The notes under the pieces were generated by a model, which was not told the DNA's origin, searched no databases, and saw nothing but the letters and a program-made list of their open reading frames with translations. Below are positions 16,688 to 23,896 of a stretch of DNA of 32,000 bases, one piece after another. Source of the stretch: Alphaproteobacteria bacterium (GTDB taxonomy: Bacteria; Pseudomonadota; Alphaproteobacteria; Rs-D84); contig JAFVFD010000005.1 of the NCBI GenBank assembly GCA_017475605.1, positions 180,001-212,000 of the forward strand. The letters run 5' to 3'. The translations under genes were made by a program, and so were the position numbers. Within the stretch, counting starts at the first letter, position 1, and each line of letters opens with the position of its first letter.

Positions 16688-17722
16688 ATGCATACAATGA
16701 TATTCTTTTTATTATTGATTGGGTTTTTATGGTTGGGACGTTCAATCTTTATTCCATTTTTAGTGGCACTGTTTTTATGGTATATGATAAACGTTATCGC
16801 CAGCGGCTTTCGTCAATTCATGCCCCAATATAAAAAGCCGTCTTTTATGGGACGAACATTTGATTGGGTATCGCGCATATTATCTGTTGGGGCAATAGTT
16901 TTTTCTATATACCTGTTCGCCACACACATTCATCCGATGTTTGCTCAATTACAGGCTGCCCTGCCGGTATTACAGGATAAATTATTTACCGTAATTGACT
17001 ATATGTCCGATTCACTGGGCATGTCGTTGGATGCAGATATTTTACCGAACTTTGCGCAAATTGCCGCGTCGGTTGGTGCATCGGCGGCATCTATTGTTGC
17101 ATCCGTTGGAATGATATTGATTTACATATTATTTCTTTTTGTTGAACAGGAAACATTTGGTAACAAAATTAAAAATATGTTTGCCAATAAACGCCAATCC
17201 AAAAAATATGCGTATATAATTGAAAGTGTAAATAAAAACATGAAACGTTATCTGTTTATGAAAACGATTATATCGGGAATGACTGGGCTTTGTGCATATG
17301 TTTGGATGCGAATGATTGGTTTGGAATTCGCGGGTGCCTGGGCATTTTTGATGTTTATTATGAACTATATTCCAACAATCGGTTCCATTATCGCATGCAC
17401 ATTACCAATATTATTTGCCCTGGCCGTTGGGTCATCTATACACCTGGCGATACTTACCGCCGTTGGTTTAATTGGTTTGGAAATATTCTTCGGAAATATA
17501 TTGGATCCAAAGTTAACGGGAAAAACATTAAACCTTTCCACATTGGCAATATTAATCAACTTAGTATTCTGGGGAATGATATGGGGTGTGGTTGGAATGT
17601 TCCTTTCTGTGCCATTATTGATGATAATATTTATCACCACCGCCCAGTTTGATTCCACGCGTCCGATTGCGGTATTGTTATCTGAAAATGGAACGATACC
17701 GGATATTCGTGATGAAGAATAA
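16688..17722 (+). CDS. AI-2E family transporter (PerM/YhhT-like permease), 344 aa
   Basis: Polytopic membrane protein with the family block FIMNYIPTIGSIIA and the typical C-terminal helices. It starts 2 nt after the sufC stop. Confidence 0.8.
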   Translation: MHTMIFFLLLIGFLWLGRSIFIPFLVALFLWYMINVIASGFRQFMPQYKKPSFMGRTFDWVSRILSVGAIVFSIYLFATHIHPMFAQLQAALPVLQDKLFTVIDYMSDSLGMSLDADILPNFAQIAASVGASAASIVASVGMILIYILFLFVEQETFGNKIKNMFANKRQSKKYAYIIESVNKNMKRYLFMKTIISGMTGLCAYVWMRMIGLEFAGAWAFLMFIMNYIPTIGSIIACTLPILFALAVGSSIHLAILTAVGLIGLEIFFGNILDPKLTGKTLNLSTLAILINLVFWGMIWGVVGMFLSVPLLMIIFITTAQFDSTRPIAVLLSENGTIPDIRDEE

Positions 17723-17732
17723 AACACATAAC

Positions 17733-17780
17733 AAAAAAACGCGCTATGTACAGCAATTCGTGTACATAGCGCGTTTTTTA
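17733..17780. terminator. Bidirectional intrinsic terminator (permease / ruvX)
   Basis: A7-CGCGCTATGTACA-GCAATTCG-TGTACATAGCGCG-T6, a 13-bp perfect stem. Confidence 0.8.
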
Positions 17781-17791
17781 TATACATATTT

Positions 17792-18238
17792 TTACAATCG
17801 TTTTATCACCGCGATTGCGTTTTCTAAAATCACACGCGCCGATTCAGAATCTAATTTTTCTTTTGCTGATTTTTTATCATGGAAACCATTTTCATCGGCG
17901 GCGGCGCTACTGGTTAACGTTTCATCAATAAGGCAAATTGGTAAATCAATATATTCCACAATTTTATTCGCCACATCCCGTACCATTTTTGTGGTATCTG
18001 ATTCAGAACCATCCATACGCAACGGCAACCCCATAACAACACCAACGACACCCGATTGATTTATACAATCGGCAATCTTTTTTACCATATCTTCGCCCCG
18101 CCCCGCGACTATTACAGGACGCGAAAAAACAAAATCACGCTTTTCATCCGATACGGCAACCCCGGTGCGACGCGCGCCCCAGTCAATTCCTATAACGCGT
18201 CCAGCGCGCGGAAAATCCTTGAAATCTGGCATAATCAT
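17792..18238 (-). CDS. ruvX: Holliday-junction resolvase-like / pre-16S rRNA nuclease RuvX (YqgF), 148 aa
   Basis: RVIGIDWGARRTGVAVSD N-terminal catalytic motif, plus GVVMGLPLRMDGSES and ICLIDETLTS. The start at MIMPDF (18238) fits family length better than the ORF-track 18283. Confidence 0.88.
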   Translation of the reverse strand: MIMPDFKDFPRAGRVIGIDWGARRTGVAVSDEKRDFVFSRPVIVAGRGEDMVKKIADCINQSGVVGVVMGLPLRMDGSESDTTKMVRDVANKIVEYIDLPICLIDETLTSSAAADENGFHDKKSAKEKLDSESARVILENAIAVIKRL

Positions 18239-18246
18239 TGTATAAT
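18219..18246 (+). promoter_or_regulatory. Putative sigma70 promoter for gatC
   Basis: TTGAAA-N16-TATAAT, about 30 nt upstream of the gatC ATG and lying within or abutting the ruvX 5' end. Confidence 0.5.
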
Positions 18247-18261
18247 CTACCCTGTGTTTTA

Positions 18262-18290
18262 ATAATAGGATTGAAAATGGCATTTAGCAA
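18262..18290 (-). promoter_or_regulatory. Putative sigma70 promoter for ruvX, overlapping the gatC 5' end
   Basis: The minus strand reads TTGCTA-N17-TATTAT, about 23 nt upstream of the ruvX ATG. Confidence 0.4.
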
Positions 18291-18573
18291 GCAACAATTA
18301 CACAAATTCGCCGATCTTATTCATATCGATATTACCGACGAAAAATTGGAATCTATGAACATTGATTCCGTTATTGATTGGTTGGACAAATTACAGAAAA
18401 TTGACACAACCGGGGTGGAACCAATGCTTAACCCGGCATCACACGATTTACCACGCCGCGCGGACACGGTAACCGACAACGCACCACGTGCTGACATATT
18501 AAAGAACACGCCTGACACAGCCGGTGTTTCACGCGGATATTTTGCTGTACCAAAGGTTATGGATGGTGAATAA
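18277..18573 (+). CDS. gatC: Asp/Glu-tRNA amidotransferase subunit C, 98 aa
   Basis: MAFSKQQLHKFADLIHIDITDEKLESMNIDSVIDWLDKLQKIDTTGVEPM fits the GatC pattern. SD AGGA 7 nt upstream. Confidence 0.9.
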   Translation: MAFSKQQLHKFADLIHIDITDEKLESMNIDSVIDWLDKLQKIDTTGVEPMLNPASHDLPRRADTVTDNAPRADILKNTPDTAGVSRGYFAVPKVMDGE

Positions 18574-18574
18574 A

Positions 18575-18952
18575 ATGGCAAAAAATATTGGACATTTAAT
18601 TTCTTTGAATGACGAATACTTGTATTCGGCGGCGCATGGCGAAATGTATGCGCCGTTACGTGTAAACGAACGTGCCGTACAGAAACTGCAACGCGCAATG
18701 GAAACAAATACACCAGATGAAAAATCTTGTATACGTACAATTGCGGGCATCTGGTACAACGGTAAGTTTATGTTGGCAACCGAATTTCGCGATATAACAA
18801 AATGTACCGCCAACCTGCGTAATCCATCGCACCCGGCCAAAACGGAATTATGTTACAAAACATTGTGTAATGGTAAATGTCGCGATGCGTTTATGCGTGC
18901 GAATGTTGCACAATATATATTGCCTGAATTATACGGAACAAAACAAAAATAG
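18575..18952 (+). CDS. Hypothetical Cys-containing protein, 125 aa, inserted between gatC and gatA
   Basis: The ATG lies 1 nt after the gatC stop, with a GGTGA SD-like element. The stop is 8 nt before the gatA ATG. Contains CYKTLCNGKC (C-x4-C-x3-C) plus two further Cys. No family recognised. Confidence 0.6.
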   Translation: MAKNIGHLISLNDEYLYSAAHGEMYAPLRVNERAVQKLQRAMETNTPDEKSCIRTIAGIWYNGKFMLATEFRDITKCTANLRNPSHPAKTELCYKTLCNGKCRDAFMRANVAQYILPELYGTKQK

Positions 18953-18960
18953 GAACAACG

Positions 18961-20427
18961 ATGATCGATCTTACTATACATGTGGCATTGGAAAAATTAA
19001 AGAAAGGTGAAATAAGCGCAACCGAATTAACACGCGCGCACCTTGACCGCATTGAAAAATTGGGTGGTGATTTGAACGCATATATCACCACCACACCAGA
19101 ACGCGCACTGGCGGATGCCGCGGCGGCGGACGCGCGTTATAAAAACGGCACGGCGCGCGCATTAGAAGGCATTCCTATCGGCATGAAAGATTTGTTTGCA
19201 ACACGTGGTATTCGCACAACTGCGGCTTCACACATGTTGGAAAATTTTGTTCCAGAATACGAATCAACTGTTTCACAAAAATTTATTGATTCAGGTTCTG
19301 TATTGCTTGGCAAAACAAACCTGGACGAATTCGCGATGGGCACATTCAGTAAAACATCCTATTTTGGTGCGCCGGTAAACCCATGGCAAATCGAACGCAA
19401 GTTAACCGCCGGTGGCTCGTCGGGTGGTTCTACATCTGCGGTGGCGGGGGGACTGGCCATGGGTGCAACCGGGACAGATACCGGTGGTTCAATTCGTTTC
19501 CCGTCGGCAATAACTGGCCTTGTTGGTATGAAACCAACATATGGTCTTTGCTCTCGTTGGGGCTGTGTTGCGTTTGCATCGTCCCTTGATACACCGGGTC
19601 CAATTGCGCGTACTGTTGATGATGCGGCATTATTGTTATCTGTTATGGCGGGGCACGATGAAAAAGATTCAACAAGTGAAAGTGCCGGATTTAATGCACA
19701 TACACCACTTGAATCGATATTGGGTGATGGTAAAAAATTGCGCATTGGTGTTATTCGTGAATTGAATGATGTGGCAATATCGGACGATATGAAAAAATTA
19801 TTTAATGCGCGTATTGCCGATTTGAAATCGTTGGGGGCGGAAATAGTAGAAGTATCTATTCCAAACATTTTGGACGCGTTGGCGGCATATTACATCATCG
19901 CCCCGGCCGAGGCATCATCCAACCTTGCCCGATATGACGGCATGCGTTATGGTCTGCGGGTCGAAGGTTCCGATTTAATCGACACATATAAAAAGACACG
20001 CGCCGCCGGCTTTGGAACCGAGGTTCAGCGTCGTATGATTGTCGGAACGGCGGTGCTGTCCAGCGAATCGTATGAAGTCTATTTTATGCAGGCCGCACGT
20101 GTTCGCCGTATGATTGCGGACAGTTTCAATGCCGCGTTCGAACAATGCGATTTGATTATCTGTCCAACCAGCAGTGGTACCGCGATGCCGCTTGATTCCG
20201 ATTTATCACCATTGGAATATTACGCGTTGGATATGTTTACGGTTGCAATGAATCTGGCCGGCATTCCGGCATGCAGTGTTCCGGCGGGATTGGCGGGGAA
20301 CGGTTTGCCACTGGGGTTACAGGTTGTGGGAAAACGTTTTGATGATTTGCGCGTTTTACAATTGGCCAAACACATCGAACAATTCGCAGGTGTTGATAAC
20401 CGACCAACCAAGATAATGGGAAAATAA
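18961..20427 (+). CDS. gatA: Asp/Glu-tRNA amidotransferase subunit A, 488 aa
   Basis: Amidase signature: GIPIGMKDLF, GKTNLDEFAMG, GGSSGGSTSAVA, GTDTGGSIRFPSA. Confidence 0.96.
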   Translation: MIDLTIHVALEKLKKGEISATELTRAHLDRIEKLGGDLNAYITTTPERALADAAAADARYKNGTARALEGIPIGMKDLFATRGIRTTAASHMLENFVPEYESTVSQKFIDSGSVLLGKTNLDEFAMGTFSKTSYFGAPVNPWQIERKLTAGGSSGGSTSAVAGGLAMGATGTDTGGSIRFPSAITGLVGMKPTYGLCSRWGCVAFASSLDTPGPIARTVDDAALLLSVMAGHDEKDSTSESAGFNAHTPLESILGDGKKLRIGVIRELNDVAISDDMKKLFNARIADLKSLGAEIVEVSIPNILDALAAYYIIAPAEASSNLARYDGMRYGLRVEGSDLIDTYKKTRAAGFGTEVQRRMIVGTAVLSSESYEVYFMQAARVRRMIADSFNAAFEQCDLIICPTSSGTAMPLDSDLSPLEYYALDMFTVAMNLAGIPACSVPAGLAGNGLPLGLQVVGKRFDDLRVLQLAKHIEQFAGVDNRPTKIMGK

Positions 20428-20439
20428 AGGTAAAAAAAA

Positions 20440-20515
20440 TGGTGGCTAGGAACGGAATCGAACCGCTGACACAGGGATTTTCAGTCCCTTGCTCTACCAA
20501 CTGAGCTACCTAGCC
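20440..20515 (-). tRNA. tRNA-Phe (anticodon GAA), 76 nt with encoded CCA
   Basis: Reverse complement: GGCTAGGTAGCTCAGTTGGTAGAGCAAGGGACTGAAAATCCCTGTGTCAGCGGTTCGATTCCGTTCCTAGCCACCA. It folds as a full cloverleaf with anticodon loop CTGAAAA. A T8 run follows the CCA on the minus strand. Confidence 0.95.
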
Positions 20516-20525
20516 AACGGGGCAC

Positions 20526-20554
20526 ATAATAAGATACAAGAAACGAAAAAGCAA
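20526..20554 (-). promoter_or_regulatory. Putative sigma70 promoter for tRNA-Phe, overlapping the gatB SD
   Basis: The minus strand reads TTGCTT-N17-TATTAT. The -10 element ends about 10 nt before the mature tRNA 5' end. The -35 element overlaps the gatB AAGGA. Confidence 0.5.
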
Positions 20555-20567
20555 GGAAAAATAAAAA

Positions 20568-22088
20568 ATGTTTACAATACATGGCAAAACAGGCGATTGG
20601 GAATTGGTAATTGCACTAGAAGTGCATATTGAAGTACTGTCTAAATCTAAGTTATTTAGTGGTGCATCTGCGGATTATAACCCTACGATTGCCCCCAATA
20701 CCCAGGTTTCAATGGTTGATGCGGCAATGCCGGGTATGTTGCCGGTTCTGAACGATTATTGCGTGGACCAGGCAATTAAATTCGGCCTTGGTATCAATGC
20801 CGAGATTTCGCACCGCAGTATGTTTGCCCGTAAACAATATTTTTACCCTGACCTGCCCCAGGGATACCAGATTTCACAACCTGTTGAAGAACCACCAGTG
20901 GTGGGTCGTGGCTATATTGAAATTATTGGCGATGACGGCAACCCCAAGAAGATTTTGATTCAGCGCGCCCACTTGGAACAAGATGCCGGTAAATTAAAAC
21001 ACGACGCACACCCGACAAAATCTTTTGCGGACTATAACCGTACTGGTGTTACACTGCTGGAAATTGTGAATTTTATTGATATCACAAATAAAGAAGAAAA
21101 TTCATTTATTACATCGCCAGACGAAGCAGAAAAATACCTGCGTCAGATTCGCGAAATCGCACGTGCCCTTGGTGTATCCAAGGCGAACATGGAAGAAGGT
21201 TCCATGCGTGCCGATGTTAATGTATCTGTTCGTCCAGTTGGTGAAAAAACATTCCGCACCCGTACCGAAACAAAAAATATGGTTTCATTCAAATTCATCA
21301 AGGCGGCCATTGAATACGAAGCGCGTCGTCAAATTGAAATCTATGAAAACGGTGGCGAAGTTAGCCAAGACACAATGCGCTATCACCCGGACGACAACAT
21401 AACGACAGTAATGCGCAGCAAGGAAAACGCCTTGGACTATCGCTATTTCCCGGATCCAGATTTGTTGCCATTGATAATTGATGACGAACGAATTGAACGC
21501 ATACGTAAAACCATGCCGGAATTGCCGGCGGCGACACGCGCGCGCTTTATTGAGAAATTGGGTTTGGCGGAATATGATGCGGCGCGACTTACCGAAACGA
21601 CGGACATATCACATTGGTTTGATGCCGCGGTTGGCAATAAACCAGAACGCGCAAAACCAATTGCGAACTGGATGATTTCTGAATTGTTTGCGCATCCGGA
21701 AAATTATGATATTGAAAACCAAAAATCTGGTATTGTTGACGGTATGCGCATTATCACACCAAGCGATTTGGCGGAATTGGTTGATATGATTGCAGCATCT
21801 GAAATCAACGGTAAACAGGCCAAGGAAATCTTTATCAAAATGCTGGACGGCGAAGCCGGCACACCACACGAAATTGCGGACAAGTTTGGCATGAAACAAA
21901 TCACCGACACAGGCGCAATCGAATCGGCGGTCGATTCTGTTATTGCCGCGAATCCGGCCCAGGTTGAACAATACCGCGGCGGCAAGGTGGGCCTGCTGGG
22001 CTTCTTTGTTGGCAATGTGATGAAGGCAACCGGCGGCAAGGCAAACCCGGCGGTTGTAAATGAAATCTTGCGCAAGAAATTGGGATAA
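20568..22088 (+). CDS. gatB: Asp/Glu-tRNA amidotransferase subunit B, 506 aa
   Basis: WELVIALEVHIEVLSKSKLFSG, FYPDLPQGYQISQ, RAHLEQDAGK, EEGSMRADVNVSVR, DYRYFPDPDLLPL and a C-terminal YqeY-like tail. There is a short insertion (NFIDITNKEENSF) relative to typical GatB. Confidence 0.96.
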   Translation: MFTIHGKTGDWELVIALEVHIEVLSKSKLFSGASADYNPTIAPNTQVSMVDAAMPGMLPVLNDYCVDQAIKFGLGINAEISHRSMFARKQYFYPDLPQGYQISQPVEEPPVVGRGYIEIIGDDGNPKKILIQRAHLEQDAGKLKHDAHPTKSFADYNRTGVTLLEIVNFIDITNKEENSFITSPDEAEKYLRQIREIARALGVSKANMEEGSMRADVNVSVRPVGEKTFRTRTETKNMVSFKFIKAAIEYEARRQIEIYENGGEVSQDTMRYHPDDNITTVMRSKENALDYRYFPDPDLLPLIIDDERIERIRKTMPELPAATRARFIEKLGLAEYDAARLTETTDISHWFDAAVGNKPERAKPIANWMISELFAHPENYDIENQKSGIVDGMRIITPSDLAELVDMIAASEINGKQAKEIFIKMLDGEAGTPHEIADKFGMKQITDTGAIESAVDSVIAANPAQVEQYRGGKVGLLGFFVGNVMKATGGKANPAVVNEILRKKLG

Positions 22089-22089
22089 A

Positions 22090-22404
22090 ATGAAAGACGA
22101 TATTCTTGTTATTGGCGCACCCGCACACATGGACAGAATAAACCTTGTCAAAATAAATGCCGTTGCATCGGTTATTTGTCCCGCGCCGGTTGTAATACAC
22201 AGACCAGACATTGACCCTATTGATGAAATAATATCTCAAAAGGATAAAGCCATACGTCTGTATGATTTTGATAGAATCCATTTGGAATCACAAAAACAAA
22301 ATACAGATCGTCGCGAACGCGTGCGTTTTCAAAATATAAATGCGCGGGTCCAATCTAAAATAGCCCAACGCACATATCAAAACAAAAAACAAAAAGGAAG
22401 ATAA
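22090..22404 (+). CDS. Hypothetical protein, 104 aa, basic C-terminus
   Basis: The ATG lies 1 nt after the gatB stop. C-terminal tail RRERVRFQNINARVQSKIAQRTYQNKKQKGR. No family recognised. Confidence 0.55.
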   Translation: MKDDILVIGAPAHMDRINLVKINAVASVICPAPVVIHRPDIDPIDEIISQKDKAIRLYDFDRIHLESQKQNTDRRERVRFQNINARVQSKIAQRTYQNKKQKGR

Positions 22405-22405
22405 A

Positions 22406-22579
22406 ATGATTAAAATGTCTTATGACCCGATTATGGGTGTTCGTTATGTAAGTGTTGATGTTGAACCACGCAATGAAAATCAGCGCGTGATTGCGTCCAA
22501 GGCAACGGAATTATACAACCGCACACGTCATGCACGTGCGAAGCAATTACGTCGCGCAAATAACACTAAATCAAAATAG
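22406..22579 (+). CDS. Hypothetical small basic protein, 57 aa (below the ORF-track cutoff)
   Basis: My translation: MIKMSYDPIMGVRYVSVDVEPRNENQRVIASKATELYNRTRHARAKQLRRANNTKSK. The ATG lies 1 nt after the previous stop, with SD AAGGAAG 6 nt upstream. It ends 15 nt before miaB. Confidence 0.5.
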   Translation: MIKMSYDPIMGVRYVSVDVEPRNENQRVIASKATELYNRTRHARAKQLRRANNTKSK

Positions 22580-22594
22580 AAAATATTTATAACA

Positions 22595-23896
22595 ATGCAG
22601 AAATACTTTATTCAAACTTTTGGTTGTCAAATGAACGTCTATGACGGGTGGCGCATTGCGGCAATGCTTAATGCGCATGGGTTGCATCAGACAACCGATG
22701 TTGCCGATGCCGATATTATTATACTAAACACATGTGCCGTTCGTGCCAAGGCAACCGATAAAGTATATTCTGCATTGGGACGAATTCGCCTGGCTAAAAA
22801 ACCGAACGCCCTCATGGGAATTGTTGGGTGTGTTGCACGTGAATCTGGTGCCGATGCGTTCAAACGTGTACCGGACCTGAACTTTGTTTTGGGGCCACAA
22901 AGTTATCATAAATTGCCTGAAATATTAAATGACCCTGACACGCGCTTGTTTAATATTGAATTATCCGGGTTGGAAAAATTCGATGAAATGCCCAAACTTG
23001 AAAAATCACCATTGGTAACATATGTTCCTATCCAGGAAGGTTGTAACCATTGTTGTACATATTGTATTGTGCCATATACACGTGGTCGCGAAATTTCACG
23101 CAGTTTTGCCGACTGTGTACGTGATACAGAAATGGCGGCAAAAACAGGTGCTGTTGAAATCTGCTTTTTGGGGCAAAACGTAAATGGATATAAATATACG
23201 GATGAAAATGGAAAAATATATCGTCTGTCTGATTTAATTCGCGCGGCGGCAAAAATCGATACAGTAAAGCGTATTCGTTTCACATCAAGTTATCCAACCG
23301 AAATGACCGACGACTTGATTGAAATGTTTGCACAGGAACCTAAATTATTGCCCTTTCTTAATATGCCAATTCAGAGTGGTTCGCCCGATGTATTAAAGCG
23401 CATGAACCGTCCGTATGATTTGGAACAATATTTGGGAATCGTTAAAAAATTAAAGGCGGCGCGCCCAGATATTCAAATATCATCCGACTTTATTGTTGGG
23501 TTCCCCGGCGAAACAGATGATGATTTTGAACAAACCCTGCAAATAGCCAGAACAGTTAAATATATCAATTCATATTCGTTCAAATATTCGCCCCGACCAC
23601 ACACCTCGGCGGCAATTATGCAGGACCAGATACCCGAAAACATAAAGTCCAAACGGCTGGCAATTTTAGATGCCGAATTAAACGAAATTCAACGCGCATT
23701 TAATGAAAGTTGCGTGGGTAAAACCCTGCCCTGTTTATGCGAAGGTGTGGATAAAACCGGACGACACCTGGTATATCGTACACCATATATGCAACAATGT
23801 ATTGTGGCATGCCCCGCGGGCGATGCCCCACAAATCTGTAATATTGAAATTACCGCCGCAAACAAGGCATCACTGCGTGGCAAAATCACAGATTAA
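22595..23896 (+). CDS. miaB: tRNA-2-methylthio-N6-dimethylallyladenosine synthase MiaB, 433 aa
   Basis: UPF0004 N-terminal domain (FIQTFGCQMNVYD, ILNTCAVR). Radical-SAM motif CNHCCTYCIVPYTRGRE. C-terminal TRAM domain. Confidence 0.94.
   Translation: MQKYFIQTFGCQMNVYDGWRIAAMLNAHGLHQTTDVADADIIILNTCAVRAKATDKVYSALGRIRLAKKPNALMGIVGCVARESGADAFKRVPDLNFVLGPQSYHKLPEILNDPDTRLFNIELSGLEKFDEMPKLEKSPLVTYVPIQEGCNHCCTYCIVPYTRGREISRSFADCVRDTEMAAKTGAVEICFLGQNVNGYKYTDENGKIYRLSDLIRAAAKIDTVKRIRFTSSYPTEMTDDLIEMFAQEPKLLPFLNMPIQSGSPDVLKRMNRPYDLEQYLGIVKKLKAARPDIQISSDFIVGFPGETDDDFEQTLQIARTVKYINSYSFKYSPRPHTSAAIMQDQIPENIKSKRLAILDAELNEIQRAFNESCVGKTLPCLCEGVDKTGRHLVYRTPYMQQCIVACPAGDAPQICNIEITAANKASLRGKITD

Noticed and set aside
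15926-16693. Long antisense ORFs: 255 aa opposite sufC, 200 aa at 21609-22211 opposite gatB, 157 aa at 2119-2592 opposite parE, 169 aa at 19359-19868 opposite gatA.
   Set aside because: Each lies entirely inside a confidently identified conserved gene on the other strand. They have low-complexity or odd composition, no SD and no recognisable motifs. These are typical shadow ORFs.
17764-17779. ATAGCGCGTTTT occurs three times (5-18, 17766-17779, 26213-24). I considered a REP-like repeat family.
   Set aside because: Two occurrences are the descending arm plus T-run of terminator hairpins; the left arm of the first lies outside the window. The third has no complementary arm. The expected number of chance 12-mer triples is about 0.1-0.2 before T-run composition bias, which is too weak to call. 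A genome-wide copy count would settle it.
22090-22579. The 104-aa + 57-aa gene pair considered as a type II toxin-antitoxin module.
   Set aside because: The sizes and tight coupling are compatible. However, I recognise no toxin or antitoxin fold motifs (no RHH/HTH/PIN/RelE-like signatures by eye). The pair also has no promoter of its own and is coupled to gatB. The question is left open as part of the finding rather than called.
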